Of a stretch of 64,000 bases of DNA, positions 20,465 through 31,200 are shown piece by piece. Both the position numbers and the translations under genes were made by a program. Origin of the DNA: Gemmatimonadota bacterium (GTDB lineage Bacteria; Gemmatimonadota; Gemmatimonadetes; Palauibacterales; KS3-K002); contig JBDHJS010000003.1 of assembly GCA_039586795.1 (NCBI GenBank), positions 16,358-80,357 of the forward strand. Reading direction: 5' to 3'. Each line of letters starts with the position of its first letter. Position 1 is the first letter of the stretch. A model generated the notes under the pieces. That model ran no database searches. It worked only from the letters and a program-made list of their open reading frames with translations, and had not been told where the DNA came from.

Positions 20465-22261
20465 ATGATGAAACTCAAGCCAGCCGTCGTGTTCTCTTTG
20501 CTGCTGTTTGCTGGGTACATCTTGTCCGGTTGCGACACCGACATGCAGCACGAGGTCGAGGATTACATCTCACGATACAACGAGCGGATGCAGGGTTTGT
20601 ACTACGAGTCATCCAAGGCGGAGTGGGCATCGAACACTCATATCGTCGAGGGTGACACGACCAACGCCGCGCGAACGCGTGCCGCCAACGAAGCATTGGC
20701 AGAGTTCGTCGGCAGTCCAGAGAACATCGAACGCATCCGGCACTTCCTCGACAATCGGGACCGGCTGACCGAGCTCGAGGTACGCCAGCTCGAGGTAATG
20801 CTGTTTGCGGCGGCAAACCAACCGGGTACCGAGCCGGAGCTGGTCGCGAATCGTATCGCGGCGGAGACCAGACAAGTTGAGACGCTGTTCGGTTTCGATT
20901 TCAAGCTGGACGGTCGATCCATAACGCCAAACGAAATCGACGGGCTTCTGCGAAGTAGCGATGACCTGCGCGAGCGCCTGGCCGTTTGGGAGTCTTCGAA
21001 GGAGGTTGGCCCGGTACTCAAACCGGGGATCATCGAGCTTCAACGGTTGCGGAACGAGACGGTTCGAGCCCTGGGCTACTCCGATTTCTTCGCTTATCAG
21101 GTATCCGAATACGGAATGAGCAGCGAAGAGATGCTGGAGATGACGGGCACGCTGATAGAGCAGCTTCAGCCCTTATATCGAGAGTTGCACACCTGGGCGC
21201 GCTACGAGCTGGCGGAACGCTACGGCGAGCCGGTACCGGACATGATACCCGCCCATTGGCTGCCCAACCGGTGGGCTCAGGACTGGACGGCACTGGTGAG
21301 CGTGGAGGGCCTCGACCTGGACGCCTCGTTGAGTGAGAAGTCGCCCGAGTGGATCGTCGAGCAAGGCGAGCAATTCTATGTCAGCCTGGGCTTCGATGAG
21401 CTGCCGGGCAGTTTTTACGAGCTGTCATCTCTGTACCCGTTGGAACCGGGAGCTGACTATAAGAAGAACACCCACGCGTCGGCATGGCACATGGACCTAG
21501 ACACCGACGTGCGCTCGCTGATGAGCGTGGAGACGAACTCGTACTGGTGGGAAACCGTCCTGCACGAGCTTGGACACGTCTACTACTTCATGAGCTACAC
21601 GAATCCCGATGTGCCGCTGGTCCTACGCGAAGGCGCCAATCGCGCCTACCACGAAGGGATCGGCAGCCTCATCGGGCTCGCCTCGATGCAACGCAGCTTC
21701 CTGGTAAATCGTGGGCTTGTGGAGGCTGACGTGGAGGTCGATCAGGTCGCCCAACTGCTGCAGGAGGCACTCAACTACGTAGTGTTCATCCCGTTCTCCG
21801 CCGGCGTGATGACGCGGTTCGAGCACGCGCTGTACGCCGAGGAGCTACCCGCCGATCAACTCAACGCCCGGTGGTGGGACCTGGTGGCGGAGTATCAGGG
21901 CGTCGTGCCGCCCAATCCACGTGGCGAAGATCATGCAGACGGGCTAACGAAGACACATATCAATGACGATGCGGGTCAGTACTATGACTACGCATTGGCG
22001 AACGCGCTGCTGTTCCAATTGCACGATCACATCGCGAGGGAACTCCTCGAACAGGACCCTTACGACACGGACTATTGGGGCTCCAGAGAAGTCGGCGAGT
22101 TCCTCCACGAACTGATGGCGCCAGGCGCGAGCCGGCCATGGCGCGAGGTGCTACAGCAAACGACCGGTCGCGAACTCGATGCTCAGGCGATGGTGGAGTA
22201 CTTCCAGCCGTTATACGAATGGCTGGTAGAACAGAATCGCGGGCGGCGGCACAGCATATAA
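20465..22261 (+). CDS. M2 family metallopeptidase (angiotensin-converting-enzyme-like peptidyl-dipeptidase), lipoprotein
   Basis: Lipobox ILSGC. HEXXH zinc site HELGHVYY followed by LREGANRAYHEGIGSLIGL, which matches ACE's HEMGH...LRRGANPGFHEAIGDVLAL block. The N-terminus is also ACE-like. Confidence 0.75.
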   Translation: MMKLKPAVVFSLLLFAGYILSGCDTDMQHEVEDYISRYNERMQGLYYESSKAEWASNTHIVEGDTTNAARTRAANEALAEFVGSPENIERIRHFLDNRDRLTELEVRQLEVMLFAAANQPGTEPELVANRIAAETRQVETLFGFDFKLDGRSITPNEIDGLLRSSDDLRERLAVWESSKEVGPVLKPGIIELQRLRNETVRALGYSDFFAYQVSEYGMSSEEMLEMTGTLIEQLQPLYRELHTWARYELAERYGEPVPDMIPAHWLPNRWAQDWTALVSVEGLDLDASLSEKSPEWIVEQGEQFYVSLGFDELPGSFYELSSLYPLEPGADYKKNTHASAWHMDLDTDVRSLMSVETNSYWWETVLHELGHVYYFMSYTNPDVPLVLREGANRAYHEGIGSLIGLASMQRSFLVNRGLVEADVEVDQVAQLLQEALNYVVFIPFSAGVMTRFEHALYAEELPADQLNARWWDLVAEYQGVVPPNPRGEDHADGLTKTHINDDAGQYYDYALANALLFQLHDHIARELLEQDPYDTDYWGSREVGEFLHELMAPGASRPWREVLQQTTGRELDAQAMVEYFQPLYEWLVEQNRGRRHSI

Positions 22262-22355
22262 CTCTCTACATCAAACGATCGCGCAACGCCGCGCTTGCCA
22301 ATCCTGCCGCCAGTCCTGACCTTAGTGTCAGTTCCCACCGGCAGGAGGTGGCACC

Positions 22356-24119
22356 ATGTTCCCACAGCGGATCCCACGGGTTCTGGCATTATCAGGAATA
22401 GTTCTTCTCGCATCGCTCGCCTGCAACGGCGATGACGGTACCGGACCACCGACAGTCGTCACCGTCGATTTGAGGCCCGACTCCGCCCAGGTGCAAGCCG
22501 GAGCGACCTTCCAGTTCACGGCAACGGCGCTTAACAGCGTGGGCGACCCGATACAGGGCGTCACCTTCACCTGGACGACGGGAGACCCGAGCTTAGCCAC
22601 CGTGGACGACAACGGACTCGCTACCGGCGTAGTCATGGGCGTAACCAGCGTGCGAGCAACGGCGAGCGGCGTGTTCGACGCGAGTGTGCTGTCGGTAGTT
22701 CCGAACGCGAACCGCGACCTTCCGGACGACAACTTCCTGGACAACAACGGAGACGGCATCGACGGCGAGATAGCCCGAGCGATCTTCGTCGCGCCAGCCG
22801 GATCGGACGCCAACCCGGGCACGATGGAACAGCCGAAGCGATCGATCACGAGCGCGATTGCCGCGGTTGTCGCGGACGGCACCAAGAGCGAGGTCTACGT
22901 TGCCGCGGGGACGTACAGCGAGACCATCGAACTGGTGGAAGGCGTGTCGATCTATGGCGGCTACAGCGCGACAAGTTGGAGCCGGTCATTCACCAACGTG
23001 GCGACGATAGAAGGCGATACGATCGCCATGTCCGGGACATCGATCACGCAGGCTATGGTCATCGACCTGTTGACCGTGGAGTCGGCAGACAACACTACAG
23101 GGGCCGGCAACTCGACGGGCATCTATCTGGCGGACTCGGAAGGAATATCGCTGCGCAACCTGACGATCGTGGCAGGGAATGGCGGCAACGGTTCGGCGGG
23201 AACGAACGGTTTGCAAGGCAGACTGGGGAATGACGGCGCACCTGGCGCGATAACCGCGGGAGGCGCCGGCGGCGACACCGTGATGGTCGGGGGGATCGCG
23301 AGCGGTAAGGGCGGCGACGGCGGGAACGGCGCGGCGACGATCACGCTGGCCGGAGGCAACGGCGGCGACGGGCTGCCACAGCCGGGCGGCGGCATGGGCG
23401 GCAACGGCGGACCGGTACCCGACCCCAACCCGGATAACTGCGGGATCGACGGTTTCGGCGGAGATCTCGGCACGGCGGGCGCGGGCGGATTGGACGGGTC
23501 GCCAGGCGCCGGCGGCGACGGTCAGGGCACCGTTCTGGGCGGCTACTGGCTGGGAAGCCGGGGCGACGATGGTACAGTGGGGACGCCGGGCTTCGGCGGC
23601 GGCGCCGGTGGCGGTGGTTCGGCGGGTCGCGAACCCACCTGCCAGGCCATCCCGGGCGGTGGTGGCGGCGGTGGCGGTAGCGGCGGCCAGGTCGGCGACG
23701 AGGGCGGCGGCGGTGGCGGCGGCGGCGGTTCGTTCGGCGTGTTCGCCTTCAACTCCAGCGTGACCATCGAGAACAGCACGATCACCGCAGGCGACGGCGG
23801 CACGGGTGGCGCCGGCGGCACCGGCGGCCCGGGCGGCCCAGGTGGAGCGGGCGGTATCGGTTCGAACGGCGACGTGGGTCAGGCCGGGATGGTCGGCGGG
23901 CGCGGCGGCGATGGCGGCGCGGGCGGAGCCGGAGGCGATGGTGGCGTAGGCGGTGGTGGCGGTGGCGGTATCTCTTACGCGGTGTATTCGACGGGCACGA
24001 GCGGCGTGACCCTCGATGCGCAGACGACGCTCACCGCCGGCACCGGCGGAGCAGGCGGAGCGGCGCCTGGCACGGGCAACGACGGAGCTCAGGGCGACAG
24101 CGGCGAGAAGAACTTCTAG
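22356..24119 (+). CDS. Lipoprotein with N-terminal Big_2-like Ig domain and long glycine-rich (GGxGGxG) C-terminal region
   Basis: Lipobox LASLAC; Ig-like region (SVRATASGVFDASVLSVVP). The last ~350 aa are dominated by GGAGGDGG/GGNGG repeats encoded by ggcggcggc-rich DNA. Confidence 0.6.
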   Translation: MFPQRIPRVLALSGIVLLASLACNGDDGTGPPTVVTVDLRPDSAQVQAGATFQFTATALNSVGDPIQGVTFTWTTGDPSLATVDDNGLATGVVMGVTSVRATASGVFDASVLSVVPNANRDLPDDNFLDNNGDGIDGEIARAIFVAPAGSDANPGTMEQPKRSITSAIAAVVADGTKSEVYVAAGTYSETIELVEGVSIYGGYSATSWSRSFTNVATIEGDTIAMSGTSITQAMVIDLLTVESADNTTGAGNSTGIYLADSEGISLRNLTIVAGNGGNGSAGTNGLQGRLGNDGAPGAITAGGAGGDTVMVGGIASGKGGDGGNGAATITLAGGNGGDGLPQPGGGMGGNGGPVPDPNPDNCGIDGFGGDLGTAGAGGLDGSPGAGGDGQGTVLGGYWLGSRGDDGTVGTPGFGGGAGGGGSAGREPTCQAIPGGGGGGGGSGGQVGDEGGGGGGGGGSFGVFAFNSSVTIENSTITAGDGGTGGAGGTGGPGGPGGAGGIGSNGDVGQAGMVGGRGGDGGAGGAGGDGGVGGGGGGGISYAVYSTGTSGVTLDAQTTLTAGTGGAGGAAPGTGNDGAQGDSGEKNF

Positions 24120-24158
24120 ATGAAAGCGAGCTCACGGTGAGCCGTAGGCGATCACACA

Positions 24159-26750
24159 TCAGTGGTTGACCTGAGTCGTATCGCGCCGCTGTTGGAGGAG
24201 GCGATTGAGGAGATCGCCCCCCTGACCCTGGAGGAGTCGACCCACCTGAGCTTGAAGCGCCTGCTGATCGACGAGCAGCGCCGGACTGGACATGGTACCG
24301 CCGATGGCGACGCTGACATCCAGCGCCTCGTCCGTTCCGGCAAGCTGACCCAGGAGAGCGGCGAACGGGGTGCCCTGCCCGAGACCGGCCGCGTGCAATG
24401 TCGCGATCGGCACCTCGAGCTCGAGCGCTAAGTCGAGGGAGCCGCCCAGACCCGCCGCGCCGACGATGGTCCCGGTGTAGTCACCCGAGATGACCTCCCA
24501 GTCCTGCACCAGGAAGTTGCCGTCCCTGATCTCGAACCGGCCACCGAAGTCGCGGAAGTCGGCGAGCTGGCTGGTGTCGATCCTCAGCTGACGCGCCAGG
24601 GCGTCGGTGAGGGCGAACTGTTCGAATCGGCCCTGTCGAAACGCGATGTCGCCAACGGCGCGAACCCCATCGGGTGACGGAAGCATGGTGCCGTCGATGA
24701 TCACGCGCCCGTTCATCTCGAGGTCGAGGCGTCCGCTGATCGGTGCGCCGAGCCGCGTCCACCTGCGGAGAACGCCCGCCGCGTTGGCGTCCTGGAGACC
24801 GAGGTCGTAGGTGAGGGGGAAAGGCGGAGCCCCGTCGCTGAAATCGAGACCCAGTCTACCGGAGAGCGTTCCGCCGTATGCTCGTCCCCGCAGGTCGGAA
24901 AGAGACAGCACGCCATTCTGGACTTGGAGCTGGAACGCCAGGTCGTTCACCCGGTTAGGTGGGTTGATGAACGCGGCGATGCGAACATCGCCCCGGGAGT
25001 TGATCGGCGGAATTGGCGGAAGCAGCATCGTCGTGCCCGCTACCTCTACCGGGTCGCGCCCATCGATCTGGCCGCCGGAGAGTCGCGCCGAGACCAGATC
25101 GCCGTAGCCGACGGCTTCGCTTTCGACCGACAGCTCGCTCATGTCCAGCTTGCTTGATGTCAGCGTGAACTCCACGGTGGGTAGCGAGCCGATTTCGCCG
25201 CCGCTGAGCAAGTAGGGCAACGATCCGGGCGCATCGAATGCGAGAGTGAGGTCGCTGGTTCCGAACTGGACAGGTACTGCCTCGGTAACGATGCCGTTTC
25301 CGGTCAGCTGGATCGTCGCTGAGCTCACGACCGCAGGTACGGCGAGGGATTCGCTTCGATAGACGACATCACGCAGCTCGATCGGTCCCGTGACTCGAAC
25401 GGCGCCCAACTGCTTCGTTGGACCCTGGAATGTGAGATCGACGGCCGCCTCACCAACCAGAGGTACCTCGAACTCGAGGAGCGCGGCGAGCTGGGCCAGG
25501 TCGAGCACCCCCGTTACCTGACCTTCGGCCTGCACATCATCGAAATCACGGAGCGCCAACCGCAGGCGAAATGGGCGGCCCATGGACTGCCCTTCGAAGT
25601 CGGAAAGGGTAAGGGCACCCGGATCGAATGTCAGTTCGCCGGAGCCGCCGGTGACAACCTGGCCGTACTCACCATACGTCACATCGATCTCGCGCAGCGA
25701 CATCATGCCGTTGACCTGAGCGCCCGCTGAAGCGGCTACGCTCGACAACGAGAGCGACAGCTGAGCGATTCCTGACGCATCGATGTCCCCGAGCCGCGCC
25801 CGAAGCGAATCAGGCAGACTGGAGATCAGATTTGCGACATCGACATCCTCGGCGAACAGGTCGAGCTCGAGTTCTCTCTCGTCGAATGGATGGTAGACCG
25901 CTCCCGCTCCTTTGAGCGGCAGATCGCCCACGGTCAGACGCAGATCGCGAACGGTCACGCTGTCGCCCGGCAGATCAGCGAACACCTCGTAATCGACCTT
26001 TGTGTCCGCCAGCCTGACGCTGTCCTGACCGAGCTCCGGTGAACGCAACGCGATCGAGCTGAGATCGATCGTGCCGCGGCTTTCCATCGTGTTGTCGCCG
26101 ACCGTGGCACGGTCGATAGACGCGCGAGCCTGGAGAGCCATGCTCGCGCTTCGACCACTGCTATGATCGGAGTAGTGCAACGCCCCATCATCGATTCGCA
26201 GATCGGACACGAAGAACGCGGAAGTGAGCCCGGACTCCTGGAGAAGGAACAGGCCAGCCACGGCGAAGCTGGTCAGCGATGCGGGAATCGCCCTGGCTTC
26301 GAGCGGGTCCGCCGGTCCGAGCCCCTGGAAGTTGCTGCTGCCATCTTCGAGTACGACGTAGCGGATGATCGGCCGCACCATTCGAACCTGTCCGAACTCG
26401 AATTCCCTGCGGAGGAGTGGCCAGAAACGGAGGTCGAGCTCGAGCGCGTCGAGCTCTATCATCGGCTCACTCTCGAACCCGGGCGGGTTGGCGATGGACA
26501 GCTGGTCGAGGCGAACCGCGATCCGCGGTAAGATCTGCAGCCTGACGGAAGCCAGCTCAACGTCGCGCCCCACACGCCTCTCGATCTGCGGCACGACCAG
26601 CGCCCGCAGCTTCTCGGGCGGAAACGCGAGCTTGAGGAATACGGCGCCGCCAACGATCAGGATTACCAACGCGCCGGCGGAAACAAGCAGCCAGCGCGGG
26701 AGGGCAAACCCGCGCACTCCGTGGAACGATCTGTATTCGTCTGAGCTCAT
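24159..26750 (-). CDS. AsmA family outer-membrane biogenesis protein (AsmA/TamB-like)
   Basis: 863 aa. N-terminal TM anchor and the typical AsmA N-terminus (VELASVRLQILPRIAVRLDQLSIANPPGFESEPMIELDALELDLRFWPLLRREF). Confidence 0.7.
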   Translation of the reverse strand: MSSDEYRSFHGVRGFALPRWLLVSAGALVILIVGGAVFLKLAFPPEKLRALVVPQIERRVGRDVELASVRLQILPRIAVRLDQLSIANPPGFESEPMIELDALELDLRFWPLLRREFEFGQVRMVRPIIRYVVLEDGSSNFQGLGPADPLEARAIPASLTSFAVAGLFLLQESGLTSAFFVSDLRIDDGALHYSDHSSGRSASMALQARASIDRATVGDNTMESRGTIDLSSIALRSPELGQDSVRLADTKVDYEVFADLPGDSVTVRDLRLTVGDLPLKGAGAVYHPFDERELELDLFAEDVDVANLISSLPDSLRARLGDIDASGIAQLSLSLSSVAASAGAQVNGMMSLREIDVTYGEYGQVVTGGSGELTFDPGALTLSDFEGQSMGRPFRLRLALRDFDDVQAEGQVTGVLDLAQLAALLEFEVPLVGEAAVDLTFQGPTKQLGAVRVTGPIELRDVVYRSESLAVPAVVSSATIQLTGNGIVTEAVPVQFGTSDLTLAFDAPGSLPYLLSGGEIGSLPTVEFTLTSSKLDMSELSVESEAVGYGDLVSARLSGGQIDGRDPVEVAGTTMLLPPIPPINSRGDVRIAAFINPPNRVNDLAFQLQVQNGVLSLSDLRGRAYGGTLSGRLGLDFSDGAPPFPLTYDLGLQDANAAGVLRRWTRLGAPISGRLDLEMNGRVIIDGTMLPSPDGVRAVGDIAFRQGRFEQFALTDALARQLRIDTSQLADFRDFGGRFEIRDGNFLVQDWEVISGDYTGTIVGAAGLGGSLDLALELEVPIATLHAAGLGQGTPFAALLGQLAGTDEALDVSVAIGGTMSSPALLVDQQALQAQVGRLLQGQGGDLLNRLLQQRRDTTQVNH

Positions 26751-26759
26751 GGTCGTTAC

Positions 26760-27590
26760 TTACCCGCGATTCGCTTCTTGGTTTCCGTAGCCCTCGGCGT
26801 CCAGCGCCCGTTTCTTGGCTTGCGCAAGAACGGCATCGAACATCGCAGGAGTCAACTTGCCGGTGAACGTGTTCTGTTGGCTGGGATGAAACGCCGCGAT
26901 CAACCTCAAGCCGCTCTCCAGTTCGATATCAACGCCGTGGCCAAACTTCGGAGCGGGCGACGGCGTCGCTACACCTCGGCCACGCAACACACGCAGCACC
27001 TGATCAAACGCGTACTTGCCAAGAGCGAGCAAGACACGCGCTTGGGGCAACATGATATCGAACTCGTTCTCCAGATACTCACGGCAGTTGTCTCTCTCTT
27101 CTGTCGTCGGTTTGTTCGCCGGCGGTGCGCAGCGCACAGCCGCCGTGATGTAGGCGCCCTCGAGTATCAGGCCGTCGTCGCGGCTGGTCGATTCTGGTTG
27201 ACTGGCTAGACCGGCTCTATGGAGTGCGGCGTAAAGGAAGTCGCCGGAACGGTCGCCGGTGAACATGCGACCGGTGCGGTTAGCGCCGTGAGCGGCAGGA
27301 GCGAGTCCTATAATAAAGAGCCATGCCTCCGGGTCCCCAAAGCCCGGCACTGGTTTGCCCCAGTACTCCCAGTCACGGAAGGCAGCTCGCTTCTCTATAG
27401 CGATCTGTTGGCGCCATTCGACGAGTCGGGGGCATCGCTTGCAGCGGGTGACTCGTCTCTGGAGTTTCTCGAGCTTGTCGTTTCGGGCCATGGACGCTTC
27501 GTGAGAGAGTTGTCGGATCATCGGTTCGCCTGGTACTGACGTACTGGCGGACGTTCTCCGTGTCAACGAGCCTTGCGCGATCGGCTCCAT
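26760..27590 (-). CDS. Uracil-DNA glycosylase, family 5 (UdgB-like)
   Basis: Motif A GLAPAAHGANRTGRMFTGD (the Ala variant typical of family 5) plus Cys residues CKRCPRL for a 4Fe-4S cluster. Confidence 0.7.
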   Translation of the reverse strand: MEPIAQGSLTRRTSASTSVPGEPMIRQLSHEASMARNDKLEKLQRRVTRCKRCPRLVEWRQQIAIEKRAAFRDWEYWGKPVPGFGDPEAWLFIIGLAPAAHGANRTGRMFTGDRSGDFLYAALHRAGLASQPESTSRDDGLILEGAYITAAVRCAPPANKPTTEERDNCREYLENEFDIMLPQARVLLALGKYAFDQVLRVLRGRGVATPSPAPKFGHGVDIELESGLRLIAAFHPSQQNTFTGKLTPAMFDAVLAQAKKRALDAEGYGNQEANRG

Positions 27591-27591
27591 C

Positions 27592-28092
27592 GTGTGCTAT
27601 TTCTGCGCCATGATGCTCCTATCAAAGCCGCTAAAGATATCGCTGACGATATCAGCCGCCATGCTGGCAGTAATCGTGATCGTCGACCTGATCACGCCGG
27701 TACCACCGCGCGAACGGCTCCGCGCGATGCGGAACGAACTGGTGGAGCTGAGGGCGTCGGCCGACTCCTGCCGTACGGCGCTGGACAGGGAGGAAACCCT
27801 CCTGCAGGCGAGCGACGCGCGGTTCGATTCGCTACGCAACCTCATAGCGCGTTACGAGGGGATCGACCCACGGGGCGTACCCGCCGACAGCTACGACCTC
27901 TATCTAGAGGCGTTCAACTCGTATAACGAAGGGATCCCGGCACGCGAGGCAGCGGGCGAGACGCTGCAAGCCCACTGGGCCAACTGCACGGTGATCATCG
28001 AGCAGCACAACCTGCTGGCCGACTCTGCCCGTCAGCTGGCCGAGGAGAGCGGCCTGGTTACCGACTCGACCCGCCGGGTACCGGTGCCCTGA
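27592..28092 (+). CDS. Hypothetical membrane-anchored protein
   Basis: ORF with one N-terminal TM helix followed by a helical/coiled region. No recognisable motifs. Confidence 0.35.
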   Translation: MCYFCAMMLLSKPLKISLTISAAMLAVIVIVDLITPVPPRERLRAMRNELVELRASADSCRTALDREETLLQASDARFDSLRNLIARYEGIDPRGVPADSYDLYLEAFNSYNEGIPAREAAGETLQAHWANCTVIIEQHNLLADSARQLAEESGLVTDSTRRVPVP

Positions 28093-28242
28093 CCTCCGCC
28101 CACAACCCGGCGACCCTAGCCGGGTGGCGACTCACTCCGCAGATTGCAGTATGAGGCGCGTGCGTAGCGCCCTCACACATCAGCCGTAATCACCTAGCCT
28201 CAACCGGCCCAGCCCGCTCTGCAGTCGCTCGGCGGGCACGAA

Positions 28243-31200
28243 GTGCCTCTGACGAACACGAGTCAAGAAGACATGAGCGCGAAACTGTGGGATGTGATCA
28301 TCGTTGGCGGCGGCCCAGCCGGAATCACCGCCGCGCTCAGGCTAGCCCGAGAGGACCTGGATATCCTGGTCGTCGAAGCCGCGGTCTACCCCGGAGCCGA
28401 GAACTGGTCTGGAGCGGTGTATTTCGCCGAAAACCTGGCCGACCCTAAGGTCCTCGGAGTGGATGGGCTGGAAGCGGCCCCGTACGAAGGGCGCGTGGTC
28501 AAGCGCGGGTTTTTCTCGTGCAACGGTCTGTCGATGGCCGGGCTGGAGTATGAAAACCCGGAGACATTCAAGCACTGCTATACCGTGCTGCGGCCGGTCT
28601 ACGATCGCTACCTGGCCGAGGTGGCACGTCGGGAAGGCGTCACGTTTTTGACCGAGACGACCGTCGACGGCCTGATCCGACGGAACGACCGCGTTGTTGG
28701 CGTGCATACGGATCGCGGTCCGGTCTACGGCCAGATCGTCTTTTTGGCTGAGGGAGATGCGTCACACCTGGTGAGCAAGGAAGGCTTCGAGGGTGACGCG
28801 GTCCGCGCGAAGAAGAACGGCCAACCGGCGTTCTTGCAGGGTGTGAAGGAAGTCATCCAGCTAGAGCCGGAAGTCATCGAGGATCGGTTCGGAGTAGGGC
28901 CCGGCGAAGCGTGCTGCTACGAGATCTTGCTGAGGAACGGTGTCGTCGACGGAAAGCCAGTCCGCCTGAACATGGCGGGTCTCCTGTACACGAATCGAAA
29001 CAGCGTGTCGATCGGGCTCGTGATGCCTCTGGACAACCTCGCCGAGTATCGCGGGGACTACAACGCATTGATGGAGTGGTATAAGAGCCTTCCACCGATC
29101 GCGCGCCTCATCGAAGGCGGCGAGGCCACCTCGTTCGGGGCGAAGATCATCCGCAGTGGCGGCCTGGCCGAGATGCCGCGGCTGGTCGCCGATGGCGTCG
29201 TGGTGGGCGGAGCGGCAACGGGGATCGGCGTTGACTTTCCGTATCCGAACTTCACGGGCCCGGCCACGGCGATGGGCCGGATCTTCGCCGATGCCGTATT
29301 GAAGCTCCAGTCAGAGGGTGCGGAGCCACGGAGCGGGCAGTTGGAAGAACTGTACGTCCAGCCCTTGAAGGAAACGAGCTACTACAAGGATGTCGACTAC
29401 CTCCGCGATTGGCCCGGCTTCATCGAGCACACCGATGCGCTATTCAGCCGCCAGATCGACCTGCTGAACGGTTCGTCCTACGCAATGACTCGACCGACCC
29501 TCCGCTTTCCACACAGCTGGTGGGAGACGGTGCGGGTGGTGAGCGAGACGATGAAGGGCCGCTGGTCGAAGACACTGAAGGACCTTGCGGGTGGGTCGAA
29601 GGCGCTGCGCATGGGCCGATTGATCGCCAAGCACATGCCGGCGGCCCTGCTGCTGTCGGTCCCCAACACGCTCCTGGCGTTGATGCCGTTCGCTTATGGC
29701 AAGGGGCCAGGCAAGATCAGCCTGAGTTTCTGGGTGGACGGCGAGGAGTCGAGAACCCTCCCCTGGTACAAGCGCTGGTCGTACGCCCGGTATCGGTCGG
29801 CCCTGATGAAGGCAACAGCGATCGTCTACGCGAACGACGGTGTCCCGATCCGGACGAAGCTGGATCGCGCGATTGGCACTCTGCTGCGGCGCTTCTCGCT
29901 ATGGGAAATCGTGCTCGGCGTACTCGGGGTCGCCGTATTCTGGCTAACGCGCGGCCTACAGAAGCTTAGCGACGCGATACGCTATTCCCGTAAGAAGCCG
30001 ACGATCGAAGAACTCACGGCGACCTTCTACGGCAGCTGGCTGACGCGCTGGCGCGCGATGACCGACCTGGCGCGGGCGGCGTCGACGGGCCAGACGCATG
30101 ATGCGAAGCTCGGCGAGATCAGCTATGGCGGCGATGTGGGCTCGCACATCAAGGTGTTCTTCCCACCGGACAAGCCCGGTACGCTCGAAGATCCAAGCCG
30201 GTCGGCGCTCTGGAGCGTGTGCCCGGCGTCCGTCTACCAGATCAACGTCGATCGCACAATGCACGCGTCGGTTGCCGTGAACTTCGAGAACTGCGTGAAG
30301 TGCGAGACGTGCTGGCGAATCGAACCACAGCACGTGGACTGGTCACGGTTCGGAAAGCATCGTCTGACCTATGAAGTGTACACGGACGCCGACGCCTCGC
30401 TGCGGCAGCTTTTATCCGAACGTGAATTGCGTGACACGCCTGAGATAGAGCCGAGCTTTTGGAGCGCCACGCTCACGGAAGCGTGGCCCGTCGGTCACGT
30501 CGAGGCGTCCGACGCGCTACGGAGCGACATCACGAACGCGCGACGCGCCATCGACCGGGCTGCCGCGAAGTGCAGCGAACTGAGCGATAACATCTGGCTC
30601 GGCCCGAGGGTACTGGAGCCTGGCCAGGTCAGCTGGTACATCTCGGCTCTCGAGTACTTCGCGGTACTCGCCGATGAGGCTGCCAGCGTCGCCCTATCCG
30701 AACCGATCGAAGACTGGCTGATCGAGCACGAGTTGGCAGGCGCTCATCTGGAGCTTCTGCAAGCGAAGCGGGACCTGGATCTCGTCACGCGAGGGATCCG
30801 GGAGCATGCGGGCTCCCAGAAGTTCTTCGCCGGCGAGGCCGACGCACGACAGGCCGCCGGTCATCATCTAGCGGGCATGCGAGAGATCATCGATCGCATC
30901 GCGCTGGCCTGCCGCATCCCCGACGACTACGTCGATCCCGTGGCGGAGCTACGGAATCAGGAGCAGGAATCACCGGCGCGCGCCGCGGCCCGTGAGGAAC
31001 TGCGGGAGCATCTCGCGGCCATCTTCGATCGCGGCGCGATCCGGCGGTTGGAAGATGGTGGGTCACCGGAAGGAGCAGAGATCGAGGCTCTGCGCGAGTC
31101 GACGCGGGCGGCTTTGGGGGATGAAACGCAGGGCGCATTCGACAGCTGGGCACCGCTCACGAGGAGCGACATCCTCGGCGAGCTATCCCGCATCGACCCA

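Noticed and set aside
23200-24100. Highly repetitive GC-rich DNA; a similar stretch lies at 44100-44450. Considered as a CRISPR or satellite array.
   Set aside because: The repeats are short, imperfect and in-frame within ORFs, encoding Gly-rich or NG-rich low-complexity protein. There is no repeat-spacer periodicity and there are no cas genes.
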